DNA of 64,000 nucleotides. It comes from an uncultured Verrucomicrobiae bacterium. Its GTDB lineage: Bacteria; Verrucomicrobiota; Verrucomicrobiia; Opitutales; JABDGR01. The stretch lies in the NCBI GenBank assembly GCA_963765205.1, contig CAVXVB010000011.1, positions 128,001 to 192,000 on the forward strand, written 5' to 3'. Both the position numbers and the translations under genes were made by a program. Shown here piece after piece: positions 1-10,181 of this stretch (its first letter is position 1; every line of letters begins with the position of its first letter). Under the pieces are notes generated by a model. That model saw only the letters and a list, made by a program, of their open reading frames with translations. It was not told the origin of the DNA and did not search any database.

Positions 1-252
1 CAGGTTTTTCGCCAGGTCGCCGCCGAGTTGCGCGGCGTCGGCGGCGGGGAGGGTGCGCGCGTGGCCAAAGCCTTTCAAGAGTTCGCCGGCGATGTGGTCG
101 GAGTCGGCCGCGCTGCCGCCGTTGCCGCAGAGCAGCAATTTCCCGCCTGCGCGAAAAGTCTGCTCAAGCAGGCCATAGGCGGCGGCGATGTCCGGCGCGC
201 AAACGGAGAGCGGCGGGTAGCGGGTGAGGAGGGTCTGCAAGCGATGGTGCAT
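1..252 (-). CDS. gmhA: SIS-domain protein, phosphoheptose isomerase (GmhA) family; runs off the window start
   Basis: Manual translation from ATG at 252: MHHRLQTLLTRYPPL...GGKLLLCGNGGSAADSDHIAGELLKGF. GNGGSAAD is the GmhA/SIS signature. Not in the ORF track because its stop lies outside the window. Confidence 0.8.
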   Translation of the reverse strand, partial: MHHRLQTLLTRYPPLSVCAPDIAAAYGLLEQTFRAGGKLLLCGNGGSAADSDHIAGELLKGFGHARTLPAADAAQLGGDLAKNL

Positions 253-260
253 CTCGGGAA

Positions 261-392
261 AGGATGAGGGATGAAGGATGAAAGAAAACAAAGGCGGAAA
301 AGCGAAGAAGGACGTTTTGGAATTTTTGGTTTTATTGTTCAAATTACTGGAACAGTGGCTTGATTCATCCTTCATCCCTCATCCTTCATCCT
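261..392. repeat. Intergenic palindrome of tandem heptamers (RGGATGA)n...(TCATCCY)n
   Basis: Left arm AGGATGA GGGATGA AGGATGA A (261-282) is perfectly complementary to part of the right arm (364-392); spacer about 80 bp. Confidence 0.9.
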
Positions 393-1984
393 TAGGCTTT
401 GCTCGCTTTCACTTCAATCACGTCGTGGGGAGCGGCTTCCTTCATGCCGGCGGCGGTGACGCGCGCGAAGCGGGCGTTTTCGCGCAGTTCGGCGAGGTTG
501 CGCGCGCCGAGGTAGCCGAGGCCGCTTTGCAGGCCGCCGAGCAGCGGCGCGAGCACGGCGTCGAGCGTGCCGGCGATTTCCTTGAGCGCCTCGATGCCTT
601 CGGCGGCGATTTTTTGCGGGCGCCCGCCGCTGGGGCCGGATTTCTCGTGGCCGTAGCGCGCGGCGGAGCCGGCCTTCATCGCGCTGAGGCTGCCCATGCC
701 GCGGTATTGCTTGTAAAACTTGCCGTCAATTTCGATGATTTCGCCCGGCGCCTCGCGGCAGCCGGCGAGCAGCCCGCCGAGGATCACCGCGTCGGAGAGG
801 GTAAGCGCCTTGACGATGTCGCCGCTCTTGGTGATGCCACCGTCGGCGATGAGGCGCACGCCGCGCCGCTGCGCCTCCTGCGCGGCCACGTAGAGGGCGG
901 TCAGTTGCGGAATGCCCACGCCTGCGACGATGCGCGTGGTGCATATCGAGCCGGGGCCCTGGCCGATCTTGATCGCGTCCGCCCCCGCTTCGGCGAGAAA
1001 CGCGACGCCCGCGCCGCTGGTGACGTTGCCGGCGATGAGGGTGAGGTCTTTGAATTCCGCGCGCAAGAGCCGCACGCACTGGCCGACGCCGGCGGTGTGC
1101 CCGTGCGCGGTGGAAATCGCCAGCGCATCCGCCCCGGCTTGCACGAGCGCGCCGGCTTGCTTGAGCATTTGGTCGCGGTCGAGTTCCCCCGTGGGCGTGC
1201 GCGGGGCGGAGAGCGCCGCGCCGCACACGAGGCGGAACTTCGCGTCGCGCGCGGGGCGGACGTTGGCGCGGGCCTCCTCGGTGATGCGCTCGATGTCACT
1301 CAGGGTGAACAGGCCGCGCAGGCGGTCGCGGTCGTCCACGACGAGGAGTTTGTGGATGCCAAGATGTTCGGTGAAAAATTTGTCAGCGGCGGCGATGGGA
1401 TTTTTGCCGAGGTCTTTTTCCTTGAGCGTGTAAACCTCGGCGCGGGGCGTCATCGCCTCGGCGACTTTTTTCGCGCGGTAGCGTTCTTTGACGACGCGGC
1501 CCGAGAGCAGGCCGACGAGCACGCCCTTTTCGTCCACGACCGGGAAGGTGCGGAAGGAGAAGCGTTTTTCGTCCACGCGCCGCAGCACGTCCTCGATGGT
1601 TTGGTTGGGCGAGACCTGGATGGGGTCGCGGATGAGGCCGTGGACGTGATACTTCACGCGCTCGACCTCGCGCACCTGCTCCTCCGGGCTGAGGTTGTAA
1701 TGGATGAGGCCGAGACCGCCGTTGAGGGCGAGGCCGATGGCCATGGCCGATTCGGTCACGGTGTCCATGTCCGCCGAAATGATCGGCATGGAAAGGTGGA
1801 GAGCCTCGCTGAGCGAAGTGTCGAGGCGCGTGTCGCGCGGGAGGACTTCGGAGTAGAGCGTGGCGAGCGTGACGTCGTCATACGTCAGCGCGGTCGGGGC
1901 CTGGCCCGGGAAGAATTCCGCGGCGGATTGATAGAAGCGGGCGTCGTCGCCGGCTGCGGTTTTTTTTGGGGGGGAAGCGCTCAT
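392..1984 (-). CDS. guaB: IMP dehydrogenase with CBS pair
   Basis: [15 protein letters not shown], catalytic [15 protein letters not shown] and YRGMGS motifs. Start taken at MSASPP (1984). Confidence 0.96.
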   Translation of the reverse strand: MSASPPKKTAAGDDARFYQSAAEFFPGQAPTALTYDDVTLATLYSEVLPRDTRLDTSLSEALHLSMPIISADMDTVTESAMAIGLALNGGLGLIHYNLSPEEQVREVERVKYHVHGLIRDPIQVSPNQTIEDVLRRVDEKRFSFRTFPVVDEKGVLVGLLSGRVVKERYRAKKVAEAMTPRAEVYTLKEKDLGKNPIAAADKFFTEHLGIHKLLVVDDRDRLRGLFTLSDIERITEEARANVRPARDAKFRLVCGAALSAPRTPTGELDRDQMLKQAGALVQAGADALAISTAHGHTAGVGQCVRLLRAEFKDLTLIAGNVTSGAGVAFLAEAGADAIKIGQGPGSICTTRIVAGVGIPQLTALYVAAQEAQRRGVRLIADGGITKSGDIVKALTLSDAVILGGLLAGCREAPGEIIEIDGKFYKQYRGMGSLSAMKAGSAARYGHEKSGPSGGRPQKIAAEGIEALKEIAGTLDAVLAPLLGGLQSGLGYLGARNLAELRENARFARVTAAGMKEAAPHDVIEVKASKA

Positions 1985-2069
1985 GGGCAGAAGAGATGCG
2001 TTTCCCAGAGTCAATTAACGCCGGAATGGCGGAGAGGCAACTTCATTTTTTGGATTTGGGCATGGTCGC

Positions 2070-2100
2070 TTGACAAATTTCCGTTAACATGTATGTTAAC
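2070..2100 (+). promoter_or_regulatory. sigma70-type promoter with overlapping palindromic operator of the TA operon
   Basis: TTGACA (2070-2075), 16 bp, TATGTT (2092-2097). Inverted repeat GTTAACAT-GT-ATGTTAAC at 2083-2100. Confidence 0.7.
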
Positions 2101-2106
2101 AGAAGC

Positions 2107-2483
2107 TTGAAACTCCACACTGTTGTTTTCTATGCCACGACCGATGACCGCAGGCCCGTCGAGGAGTGGCTGGACAGCCTTGATGACGCCCGGGCGGAAG
2201 CCGTCGCCATGGGCATCAAGTTTTTCGAGGAGTATCCCAATCCCATCGTTCCCGCGAAATTCTTCGAAAAAGTCGCCGGAACGCACCTCTGGGAAATCAA
2301 ATGTCATTACGGCAAGGAACAATACCGGCTTTTGGCCTTCATGGAAGGTAATTCAATCATCATTGCCACCCATGGATTTTCCAAAAAACCTGGAAAATCC
2401 CGCGCCGTGAGGTGCAAGTGGCGGAAGCCCGGCGCCAAGAACATCTTCATCGAAAAAAACAACCAACAGGGATCACCTTATGA
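2107..2483 (+). CDS. RelE/ParE (Gp49/HigB-like) type II toxin; 1-nt deletion in the A-run at ~2383-2388
   Basis: VVFY..RRPVEEWLDSL..LWEIK..YRLLAF..HGFSKK. Adding one A restores KKTWKIPRREVQVAEARR and a TGA overlapping the antitoxin ATG (ATGA). Confidence 0.85.
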
Positions 2484-2818
2484 GCGACATCGAAAAATAT
2501 ATCCGTAAACGCCAGGCCCGCAATCCGAGGGCCTGGGCTGACTTTGACGCCAAATACCGGCAATATGCCTTTGGTCTGCTGCTGGCGGAACATCGGCTAA
2601 AGGCGGGATTAACGCTTTCGGTGCTCGCCAAGCGAATGAAAATGCAGAAATCCGCGCTTTCTCGCCTGGAAAATCACGGCGAGGATATGCGGCTTTCCAC
2701 CATTGCCCGCTACGTTAATGCGACCGGGCGTCCGCTGGCGTTTAAAATCTATCCGGGTGAAGGAGGGACGGCGAAAGGCGTGGGCAAATCTGCGTCTCTG
2801 CAATTGGAGAGCGCTTGA
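2480..2818 (+). CDS. XRE-family HTH antitoxin (HigA-like)
   Basis: RLKAGLTLSVLAKRMKMQKSALSRLENHGEDMRLSTIARY HTH; directly downstream of the toxin. Confidence 0.88.
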   Translation: MSDIEKYIRKRQARNPRAWADFDAKYRQYAFGLLLAEHRLKAGLTLSVLAKRMKMQKSALSRLENHGEDMRLSTIARYVNATGRPLAFKIYPGEGGTAKGVGKSASLQLESA

Positions 2819-2831
2819 GTATTGTTTTTGG

Positions 2832-4554
2832 TCATTCCACCCACGGCTCGACCAGCGAAAAAGTGCCAACGTCGAACAGGCCGAGGTCGCTGAGCTTGAG
2901 GCGGGGGATGACGAGCAGCGCGAGGAAGGACAGGCACATATACGGCGCCTGCAAATTGCAGCCGTGGGCGCGCGCCTGGCTGGATAATTTTTGATACGCA
3001 GCGCCGGTCGGTACGCGCGTCGTCGGTGCTCATCAGGCCGGCGATGGGCAGCGGCAGGACTTGGGCTATGTCACCTGCGGCGAAACTCAGGCCGCCGCCG
3101 TGCTCGATCACGAGGTTGACGGCGCGCGCCAAGTCCTCGTCATTCGCGCCGACGGCCACGATGTTATGCGAGTCGTGCGCAACGCTCGAAGCCAGCGCCC
3201 CGCTCTTCAGTCCAAAATTGCGCACCAGCGTCACCGCGGGCGGCGCGTCGGCGTAGCGGTTGACGACGGTGAGTTTGAGCAAATCGCGCGCGGGGTCGCA
3301 GAGCACATAGCCCGCGGGCGACAGCGTGGGGTGCTCGCGCACTTCGCCGGTGACGATCTGGCCGTCAATGGCTTCAATCACCCGCATCCGGCTACCCGCC
3401 ACGACCAGCTCGCGGGTGACGGGCTGCCCGTCAATCGCCACCGTGGCCCGCACCCGCTTGCCCGGCTCGGCGTGGAGCGCGAATTGCGCCGGCTTTTTCG
3501 GCCGGGCGTTGAACACATTCAGCGGCTTCACGGGCACGCGCGCGACGAGCAATTCGCCGTTATGGGCGACGAGGCGGCCGTTGACCCAGGTGCGCTGCGC
3601 TTTGAATTCAACGAGGTTGTTCAACTCAATCAAGTCCGCCGGGTGGCCGGGTTGCAGGAGGCCCACGGGCAGGCCGTAATGGCGCACGGGATTGAGCGTC
3701 GCGGCGCGCAGCGCGTCCATCGCGGGCACCCCCTTGGCGACGGCGCGGCGCACGAGCGCGTCAATTTGCGATACCAGCAGATCGTCCGGGTGCTTGTCAT
3801 CGCTGCACAGGCCGCAGCAGTCGGGCGATTCGAGCAGCAGCGGCCAGAGCGCCTCGAAGTTGCGCGCGGCGGAGCCTTCGCGGATCCACACCATCATGCC
3901 GAGGGCGGCGCGCTGGCGGGCTTCTTCGAGCGTGGTGCATTCGTGGTCGGTCTCGATGCCGGCGGCGGCGTATTTTTTCAAGTCCTCGCCGAGCACGCCC
4001 GGCGAATGGCCGTCAATGTGCTTGCCGCGTTTTTTGGCCTCGGCGAGGATGGCGCGCATCACCGGGTCGCCGAAGATGACGGCGGGAAAATTCATCACCT
4101 CGGCCAGGTAGAGCACCTCGGGCAGGTCGAGCAGCTCGCCGACTTCGCGCGGGCCGAAGCGCGCGCCGGCGGTTTCAAAATTCGTCGCCGGCACGCAGGA
4201 CGGCGCGCCAAAAAAGATTTTGCAGGCCGCGCGCTTCGCCTCGGCAATCATCCAGTGGACACCGGGCAGGCCGAGGACATTGGCGATTTCGTGCGGGTCG
4301 CTGACGGTGGCGACGGTTCCGTGCGTCACGGCCACGCGGGCGAATTCGCTCGGCGGGAGCATCGAGCTTTCGACGTGGACGTGGGCGTCCACAAATCCGG
4401 GCGCAAACCACGGCGCACCGGGCCGCGGTGGGCCTTCTTCGATGACGCGCGCAATGCGCCCGTCGGTAATTTTCACCAGGCCGGCAAACATTTTCCGGGC
4501 GACGACATCCACGACGTTGCCGGAGAGAATCTGTGCAGGTGGTTCGCTTGCCAT
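2832..4554 (-). CDS. ade: Adenine deaminase; frameshift at ~3008
   Basis: DAHVHVESS, SDPHEIANV, DHEC, SDDKHP and SVAHDSHN motifs. The C-terminus PYMCLSFLALLVIPRLKLSDLGLFD continues in another frame to TGA at 2832. Confidence 0.93.
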
Positions 4555-4609
4555 ATCCACCAGCGTGCGGGCCGGAGGCGCGCGTGCAAGCGTTTTTAGG
4601 AGGGGAACC

Positions 4610-4692
4610 TGGAGTGTGAAGGGTGGAGTGTGAAGTTGAAACCCCAAAGGCTGTCACCGCCAAATTCCACACTTCACGCTTCACACTTCACG
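4610..4692. repeat. Intergenic palindrome of tandem heptamers (GTGRAGY)n
   Basis: TGGAGTG TGAAGGG TGGAGTG TGAAGTT ... AATTCCA CACTTCA CGCTTCA CACTTCA. Same family as 59152-59254. Confidence 0.85.
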
Positions 4693-4693
4693 T

Positions 4694-4933
4694 TTACGCC
4701 CCGTCGCCATCCGAGCCGATGGCCTCGACCGGGCAGCCTTCGAGGGCTTCCATGCACTTGTCAATGTCCTCCTGGGTTTCGGGCTGTTTGTAGACGTAGG
4801 AGTAGCCGCCGTCGTCGCTGCGCTTGAAGAAATCGGGCGCGGTTTCGCGGCAGAGGTCGCAGTCAATGCACTGCTGGTCCACGTAGAATTTGCCGATGAT
4901 GTTGTCGGCCCATTTGTCCTTGAGGTCGGCCAT
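4694..4933 (-). CDS. Single-cluster ferredoxin
   Basis: CIDCDLCRETAP ... CPVEAI; 79 aa and acidic. Confidence 0.92.
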   Translation of the reverse strand: MADLKDKWADNIIGKFYVDQQCIDCDLCRETAPDFFKRSDDGGYSYVYKQPETQEDIDKCMEALEGCPVEAIGSDGDGA

Positions 4934-5038
4934 GAGGGAGGGAAAAGAGAAAGGATCGCCAATTTGGGCGGCGAGGTCAAGCTTGGGAAGGCGAAACGAG
5001 GCGAACTAATGGCGGTCAGCAGAGGACTTATAACGCGG

Positions 5039-5404
5039 CTATTTCGCCTGCGGCGGGCGGGGCGTCGCGGAGTCGCGATGGAATTTGTGGATGGCGCGGT
5101 GGAATATCGGCGCGAGCACAACGCCGAACGAAGTAAGGAACAACGCGCCGCTAAACAGCGCGTAGCAGCCGGCGAAAATTTTGCCGCCGGTGGTCTGCAG
5201 CGTCGCCACCGGCCCCATGCCGGACAAAATCATCGAGGCGTTGAGAAAGGAGTCCACGAGGCCCATCCCTTCAAAGTGGTGGTAGCCCGCCATGCCGATG
5301 GCCAGGCAGACGGACAGGATGCCCAGCGCGACGGCCCCATGCCGCAGGAGCCGCCGGATAAAGTCCGAGCGCGACAGCAGAGGGTCATGGCGGCGTTCAT
5401 ACAT
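5039..5404 (-). CDS. Small two-TM membrane protein with K+-channel pore-like architecture
   Basis: TM - EGMGLVDSFLNASMILSGMGPV - TM arrangement. Confidence 0.7.
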   Translation of the reverse strand: MYERRHDPLLSRSDFIRRLLRHGAVALGILSVCLAIGMAGYHHFEGMGLVDSFLNASMILSGMGPVATLQTTGGKIFAGCYALFSGALFLTSFGVVLAPIFHRAIHKFHRDSATPRPPQAK

Positions 5405-5539
5405 GGGTAGGGGAGAGAATGGGAAGTAGTGGAAGAATGAGAAGGATGGGAAGTATGTGGAGTGGGGCGAGGTGAGGCAAGCCGGAGCGCGGGCTGCAGC
5501 ACCGCGCTACGAGAAGAGGGCGCGGATTTGCCGGCCTTG

Positions 5540-5947
5540 CTACCAATTCTCCGGGCGCTGGCGGGTTTGCTTGATGCCGGCGCGGTGTTTCTTGGATTCG
5601 ATCATGCGGACTTTTTGCCCGCGGGATTTTTGGCGGCGGCGGCGGCGTTCGGCCTCGCGCTCGTCGCGCGCGGCGGCGGCGGCGGATGCGCGGCGGTGGG
5701 TGAGCTTGGCGCACAAGTCCGCCCAGGCCTGCACGCGGTTCCAGATCTGCGAGCGCCCATCCTGGCAGCGCGCCTCGACGCCGGTCGGCCCATGGCGCAG
5801 CCAGACGGTGGAGGAGGTCTTGTTGATTTTCTGCCCGCCCGGCCCGGTGCCGCGCACGAAGCGCTCCTCGACATCCTCGGGCCGGACGCCCAGGGCAATG
5901 AGCCGCTGGCGCAAGGCGGGGTCGAGGATGTCGGGGAAGGGGGGCAT
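5540..5947 (-). CDS. Release-factor-like peptidyl-tRNA hydrolase (ArfB/RF-1 domain family)
   Basis: FVRGTGPGGQKINKTSS GGQ motif, RSQ motif and basic C-terminal tail. Confidence 0.9.
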   Translation of the reverse strand: MPPFPDILDPALRQRLIALGVRPEDVEERFVRGTGPGGQKINKTSSTVWLRHGPTGVEARCQDGRSQIWNRVQAWADLCAKLTHRRASAAAAARDEREAERRRRRQKSRGQKVRMIESKKHRAGIKQTRQRPENW

Positions 5948-5964
5948 AATTTCCTTGCTGGAAA

Positions 5965-7162
5965 TTAAGGCACAATCTTTACAAAAATCCGTTTCCCCGC
6001 TTGGAAGATGTATTCTTTTTCTGGAGGGCCAGGCTTGTGAAACGGGTCATGGATTTTCTCTCCATTGAGCTTAACTGCGCCCTGCTTGAACAGTCGTTGG
6101 ATTTCTTTTTTGCTTTCAAACTCGTGGGTAGCAAAAAGGATATCGGTTACGGTGGGTACGCTCGTTTGCCCAGGCGGAGCATAGTTAAGAGAATTAAATG
6201 GAAAGGTTTTAATCTGGTCTGGAATTTCATGTCGCGCGAAGACTTTTTCGAATTGGTCGAGTTCGTGTTGGCTTGCGGCCGCGCCGTGGAATTTGGCGAC
6301 GAGGGCGACGGCGAGGGTTTTTTTCGCGGCCATGGGGTGGCTGGCTTGGCGCTCTTTGATGGCTTCGTCGCTTTCTTCGAGGAGGAGGCGGTAGTAGTCC
6401 CACATGACCGGGTCGGAGATGGACATGATTTTGCCGAACATTTCCTTGGGCGGGTCGTTGAAGGCGATGTAGTTGTCCTGGCTTTTGGACATTTTTTTCA
6501 CGCCGTCGAGGCCGACGAGCAGGGGCAGGCAAATGACGATTTGCTCGGGCTGGCCGGCGTCCTTTTGCAGCACGCGGCCGACGAGGTTGTTGAACAACTG
6601 GTCGCTGCCGCCGAGTTCGAACGTCGGATTTGATCATCACGGAGTCGTGGCCCTGGATGAGGGGATAGAGGAATTCGACGATGGAAATGGGCGTGTTCTC
6701 GGCGTGGCGTTTCGAGAAGTCGTCGCGTTCGAGCATCCGGGCGACGGTCATTTTGCGGGAGAGATTCAGCATGTCGCCGAGGGACATCTGGGCGAACCAC
6801 TCGCTGTTGAAGCGCACCTCGGTTTTCGCGCGGTCGAGGATTTTGAAGGCCTGTTTGAGGTAGGTTGTCGCGTTGGTTTTGACTTCGGCCTCGGTCAGCA
6901 CCGGGCGGGTCGAGGAACGGCCGGAGGGGTCGCCGATCATGGCGGTGAAGTCGCCGATGATGAGCACGGCCTGGTGGCCGAGGTCCTGGAACTGGCGCAG
7001 CTTGTTAAAGACGACGAGGTGCCCGAAGGTGAGGTCGGGCCGCGTGGGGTCCACGCCGAGTTTGACGCGCAGGGGCCGGTTGGCGCGCAGGCGTTCGCGC
7101 AATTCATCGGGGCTGATGAAGTGCTCGGTGTTGCGCTGAAGGGCGGCGAGGTCGTCGGGCAT
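5965..7162 (-). CDS. tyrS: Tyrosyl-tRNA synthetase; +1 frameshift at ~6619
   Basis: [43 protein letters not shown] (restored by removing one T), KMSKS and C-terminal S4 domain. Confidence 0.95.
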
Positions 7163-7212
7163 GAGGGCAACAGCATGAAAGCTGGAAAAGGAAAATGGAA
7201 GAAAGATAGCAA

Positions 7213-7590
7213 TTAGGAAAGTGGAGCTTGCTTGCGTCGTATCCTCAAGATTAAGACCCCGATCCTTGCTCCAACCACAAGCCCGATTGGGCCGGCCACG
7301 ACAATCAAAGTCGGGAAGTCCGCACCAGCCCAGGCCATCACAAGTATCTTGAGAAACAAGATATAGAGGGCGATGGGGGTGGCTAAAACAAATACAGGCC
7401 AGATTTTGTTGGCGATTATCCCCATTACGATTCCTGTAATTACACCGCTGCATCCCAACATGAGGATAATTTGGTATGAGTAATAACTTAACCAATCAGG
7501 TCCGGTGAACGGCCCGAACAAAAAAGTAAACACTTTCACCAAAATTGGAAAAAGGAAAAATCCGACCAAAATGGCAAAGAAACCACGCAT
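7213..7590 (-). CDS. Hypothetical low-GC multi-TM membrane protein
   Basis: 125-aa ORF with about four hydrophobic segments; fills the gap between vapC and tyrS. Confidence 0.6.
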   Translation of the reverse strand: MRGFFAILVGFFLFPILVKVFTFLFGPFTGPDWLSYYSYQIILMLGCSGVITGIVMGIIANKIWPVFVLATPIALYILFLKILVMAWAGADFPTLIVVAGPIGLVVGARIGVLILRIRRKQAPLS

Positions 7591-7643
7591 GGCATTGTTG
7601 AATGATTGTCATAGCATCGGGATTTGGGGTGCGCCGATCAAGG

Positions 7644-8066
7644 TCATTTTTCCCCAGCAAACTCCCGGAATGAAGCCACGCGCCCGACCCCGTCAACTTT
7701 TAACCCGCGCAAGCGCTGGTCGTGCGTGAGGAACCAATCGGAAGCGATGGCGGAAGCGCAGGCGAGTTGAATCGCATCCGGCGGGCGCAGGCGTGGGTGC
7801 CGGGCGCGCAATGCGGCAAAACGGACGGCGGCGTCTTCGTTGAAGGGCACGACCTCAATGCTGCGAAAGGCCTCGCGATAGCGCGCCGCCTGGGCCGCGC
7901 GTCCCTGCCGCAGGGGATGCACCAGGATTTCGCCGACGGTCAGCGTGGAAGTGGCCCAGCGGCAATCCAGCGCTTTCATGCGGGCGCGGGCTTCGTGAAC
8001 GGCTTCCGTCCAAGGGCCATCCTCCCAGAGATAAATGAACAGATTGGTGTCCCAGAATACGTGCAT
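7644..8066 (-). CDS. vapC: PIN-domain toxin (VapC family)
   Basis: FWDTNLFIY, TVGEIL, PDAIQLACA and FLTHD acidic PIN residues. Confidence 0.9.
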   Translation of the reverse strand: MHVFWDTNLFIYLWEDGPWTEAVHEARARMKALDCRWATSTLTVGEILVHPLRQGRAAQAARYREAFRSIEVVPFNEDAAVRFAALRARHPRLRPPDAIQLACASAIASDWFLTHDQRLRGLKVDGVGRVASFREFAGEK

Positions 8067-8087
8067 GGGAGTGGGGCCGTGGCGGCG

Positions 8088-8327
8088 TTATTTCCAATCC
8101 TGGCGCAGGTGGTTAACGTATTTGTCCGGCTGCACGCCTTTCCATTCGCCGCGCCCCACATTGTCGAGCGACGCCGGCACCGGGCGGACAGCGGGCATCC
8201 TGGCTGGGCCAGCCATTATTTGATGGAGACCGCGCTCAATCAAATCGCGCAAGGTGGTCTCGCTTTCGATGGCCAATTTTTTTGCTTCCTTGACCAAAGC
8301 ATCGGGGAGTTCGACAGTAGTTTTCAT
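8088..8327 (-). CDS. vapB: RHH/VapB-like antitoxin
   Basis: MKTTVELPDALVKEAKKLA..TLRDLIERGL; directly upstream of vapC. Confidence 0.85.
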   Translation of the reverse strand: MKTTVELPDALVKEAKKLAIESETTLRDLIERGLHQIMAGPARMPAVRPVPASLDNVGRGEWKGVQPDKYVNHLRQDWK

Positions 8328-8362
8328 ACAGCTAACTGTATTCCCGTATTTATGGGTGTCAA
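8326..8362 (-). promoter_or_regulatory. vapBC promoter with palindromic operator; probably leaderless
   Basis: Minus strand TTGACA-N16-TACAGT-N7-ATG. Inverted repeat ATACAG-N4-CTGTAT at 8326-8341. Confidence 0.7.
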
Positions 8363-8406
8363 ACGCAAAAACGTCCGTTGTAAGCCGTTTTGCACTGCTG
8401 CGCGGC

Positions 8407-9411
8407 TCACGCCTCGAGCACCACGCGGTAGCGCATTTTGCCGGTGCGGACGCGGTCTAGGGCGGCGTGGATGTCCTTCATCGGGAATTTTTCGATTTGG
8501 GCGTGGACGCCGCGGCGCGCGGCGAAGGCGAACATCGTGGCGATTTCCGCCGGACTGCCGGTGCGGCCGCCGCTGATGGATTTTTCCTGCGCGATGAGTT
8601 GAAAAGCCGAAAGTTTGAGGTCGGATGCCGGCACCCCGACGATGACGAGCTTGCCCGCGGGGCGGAGCGCGGCGAGGTAATCGCCCCAGGGCAAATCCGC
8701 CGGGACGGTGTTGAGGATGAAGTCGAAGCGGCCCGCGGCTTTTTTCAATTCGTCGGTGCCGCGCGTGGCGATAAAGTGCGCCGCGCCGAAGCCGCGCGCC
8801 TCCTCGTCCTTGTCGTGCGTGCTGGAGATGGCCGTGACCTCGCAGCCCATTTGGGCGAGAAACTGCACGGCCAGGTGGCCCAGGCCGCCGATGCCAACGA
8901 CGGCGGCGCGCGTGTTGGCCGTGACGCCGTGGTGGAGCATGGGCGTGAAAACGGTGGTGCCGGCGCAGAGCAGCGGCGCGGCCTGCGCGGAGTCCAGCCC
9001 CGCGGGCAGGGGGATGGCGAAATTGGCGTCGGTGCGCACGCGTTCGGCAAAGCCGCCGTGGTGGGCGACAATGGTGTCGCGCTCCTTGGCGCAAAACGTC
9101 TCGCGCCCGACGCGGCAGAATTCGCACTCGCCGCAGGAGCCGCATTGCCAGCCGACGCCGACGCGCTGGCCGAGGGCCAGCCCGCGCACCTCCGCGCCGA
9201 GGGCGGCGACGGTGCCGACGACCTCGTGGCCGGGGACGAGCGGGAAGGCGGCGAAATGCCAGTCGTTGTCAATCATGGCCTGGTCGCTGTGGCAGATGCC
9301 GCAGTGGGTGACCTTGACTTCGACTTCCCGCGCGCCGAGCGGGCCGGGTTCGTAGGAGAACGGTTCGAGACGCCCCTTGGGCGCCTTGGCGGCATAGGCT
9401 TGGATGGGCAT
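8407..9411 (-). CDS. Zn-dependent NAD(P)H alcohol dehydrogenase/aldehyde reductase (Ahr/YahK-like)
   Basis: CGICHSD, GHEVVG, CGECEFC, LLCAG and GIGGLG motifs. Confidence 0.93.
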   Translation of the reverse strand: MPIQAYAAKAPKGRLEPFSYEPGPLGAREVEVKVTHCGICHSDQAMIDNDWHFAAFPLVPGHEVVGTVAALGAEVRGLALGQRVGVGWQCGSCGECEFCRVGRETFCAKERDTIVAHHGGFAERVRTDANFAIPLPAGLDSAQAAPLLCAGTTVFTPMLHHGVTANTRAAVVGIGGLGHLAVQFLAQMGCEVTAISSTHDKDEEARGFGAAHFIATRGTDELKKAAGRFDFILNTVPADLPWGDYLAALRPAGKLVIVGVPASDLKLSAFQLIAQEKSISGGRTGSPAEIATMFAFAARRGVHAQIEKFPMKDIHAALDRVRTGKMRYRVVLEA

Positions 9412-9587
9412 GGGGGGAGGATAAATGGAAAAAGGAAGATGGAAAATGGAAAAAGATGAAAATTGCGCACACGAGCCACCATCTTTCCCCTTGCGGCGGG
9501 GCGTTTGAGGAGTATCTTGGATAGTTCACTCCCGGCGTCCGCCCAACCTGCAACGGGCAACCTTTCAACCCGCAACCCATCTCCATC

Positions 9588-10061
9588 ATGGCCCTCTCAC
9601 CCGGCACCAAGGCTCCGGCCTTTTCGCTCAAGACCAAAACCGCCGACGGCCTCAAGGACGTCGCCCTGGCCGACACGGTCGGCAAAAAGCAAACCGTGCT
9701 GCTGTTTTTCCCGCTGGTTTACACGAGCGTGTGCACGGCGGAAATGTGCAGCGTGAGCCAGGACCTCGCGTCCTTCAACGGCCTCAACGCGGCGGTTTAC
9801 GCGATTAGTGTGGACAGCCCGTTCGCGCAGGAAGCCTGGGCCAAGGCGAACAACATCACGTTCCCGATTTTGTCCGACTTCAACAAGGAGGTCGCGAAGG
9901 CCTATGACGTGCTTTATGCCGACCTGCTCGGCTTCAAGGGCGTGGCGAAGCGGTCGGCGTTCGTGATCGGCGTGGACGGCGTGATCAAATACGCCTCGTC
10001 GAGCGATGATCCGAAAGTGCTGCCGGACTTTGGCGCGATTCAAGCGGCGCTGAAATCATAA
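9588..10061 (+). CDS. Peroxiredoxin (AhpE/BCP-like)
   Basis: FFPLVYTSVCTAEMC (PxxxTxxC), ISVDSPF, LSDFN and RSAFVI motifs. Confidence 0.9.
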   Translation: MALSPGTKAPAFSLKTKTADGLKDVALADTVGKKQTVLLFFPLVYTSVCTAEMCSVSQDLASFNGLNAAVYAISVDSPFAQEAWAKANNITFPILSDFNKEVAKAYDVLYADLLGFKGVAKRSAFVIGVDGVIKYASSSDDPKVLPDFGAIQAALKS

Positions 10062-10171
10062 ATGGAAAATGGAAGATGGAAAATGGAAGAAACGCCGCCA
10101 ATTGAACGCCGCGGAGCGAACGCCAGAAACTGATTTGGCATTTTTCCATCTTCCATTTTCCATCTTCCATT
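10061..10171. repeat. Intergenic palindrome of tandem heptamers (RATGGAA)4...(TTCCATY)4
   Basis: Arms at 10061-10090 and 10142-10171. Single-arm relatives at ~7183-7203 and ~9424-9461. Confidence 0.9.
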
Positions 10172-10181
10172 CTTTCAATTT

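Noticed and set aside
278..2110. Long antisense and alternate-frame ORFs (e.g. 278-2110, 3061-4599, 10056-11678, 30901-32817, 57679-59118)
   Set aside because: They are shadow ORFs of high-GC3 genes on the other strand and carry no recognisable motifs.
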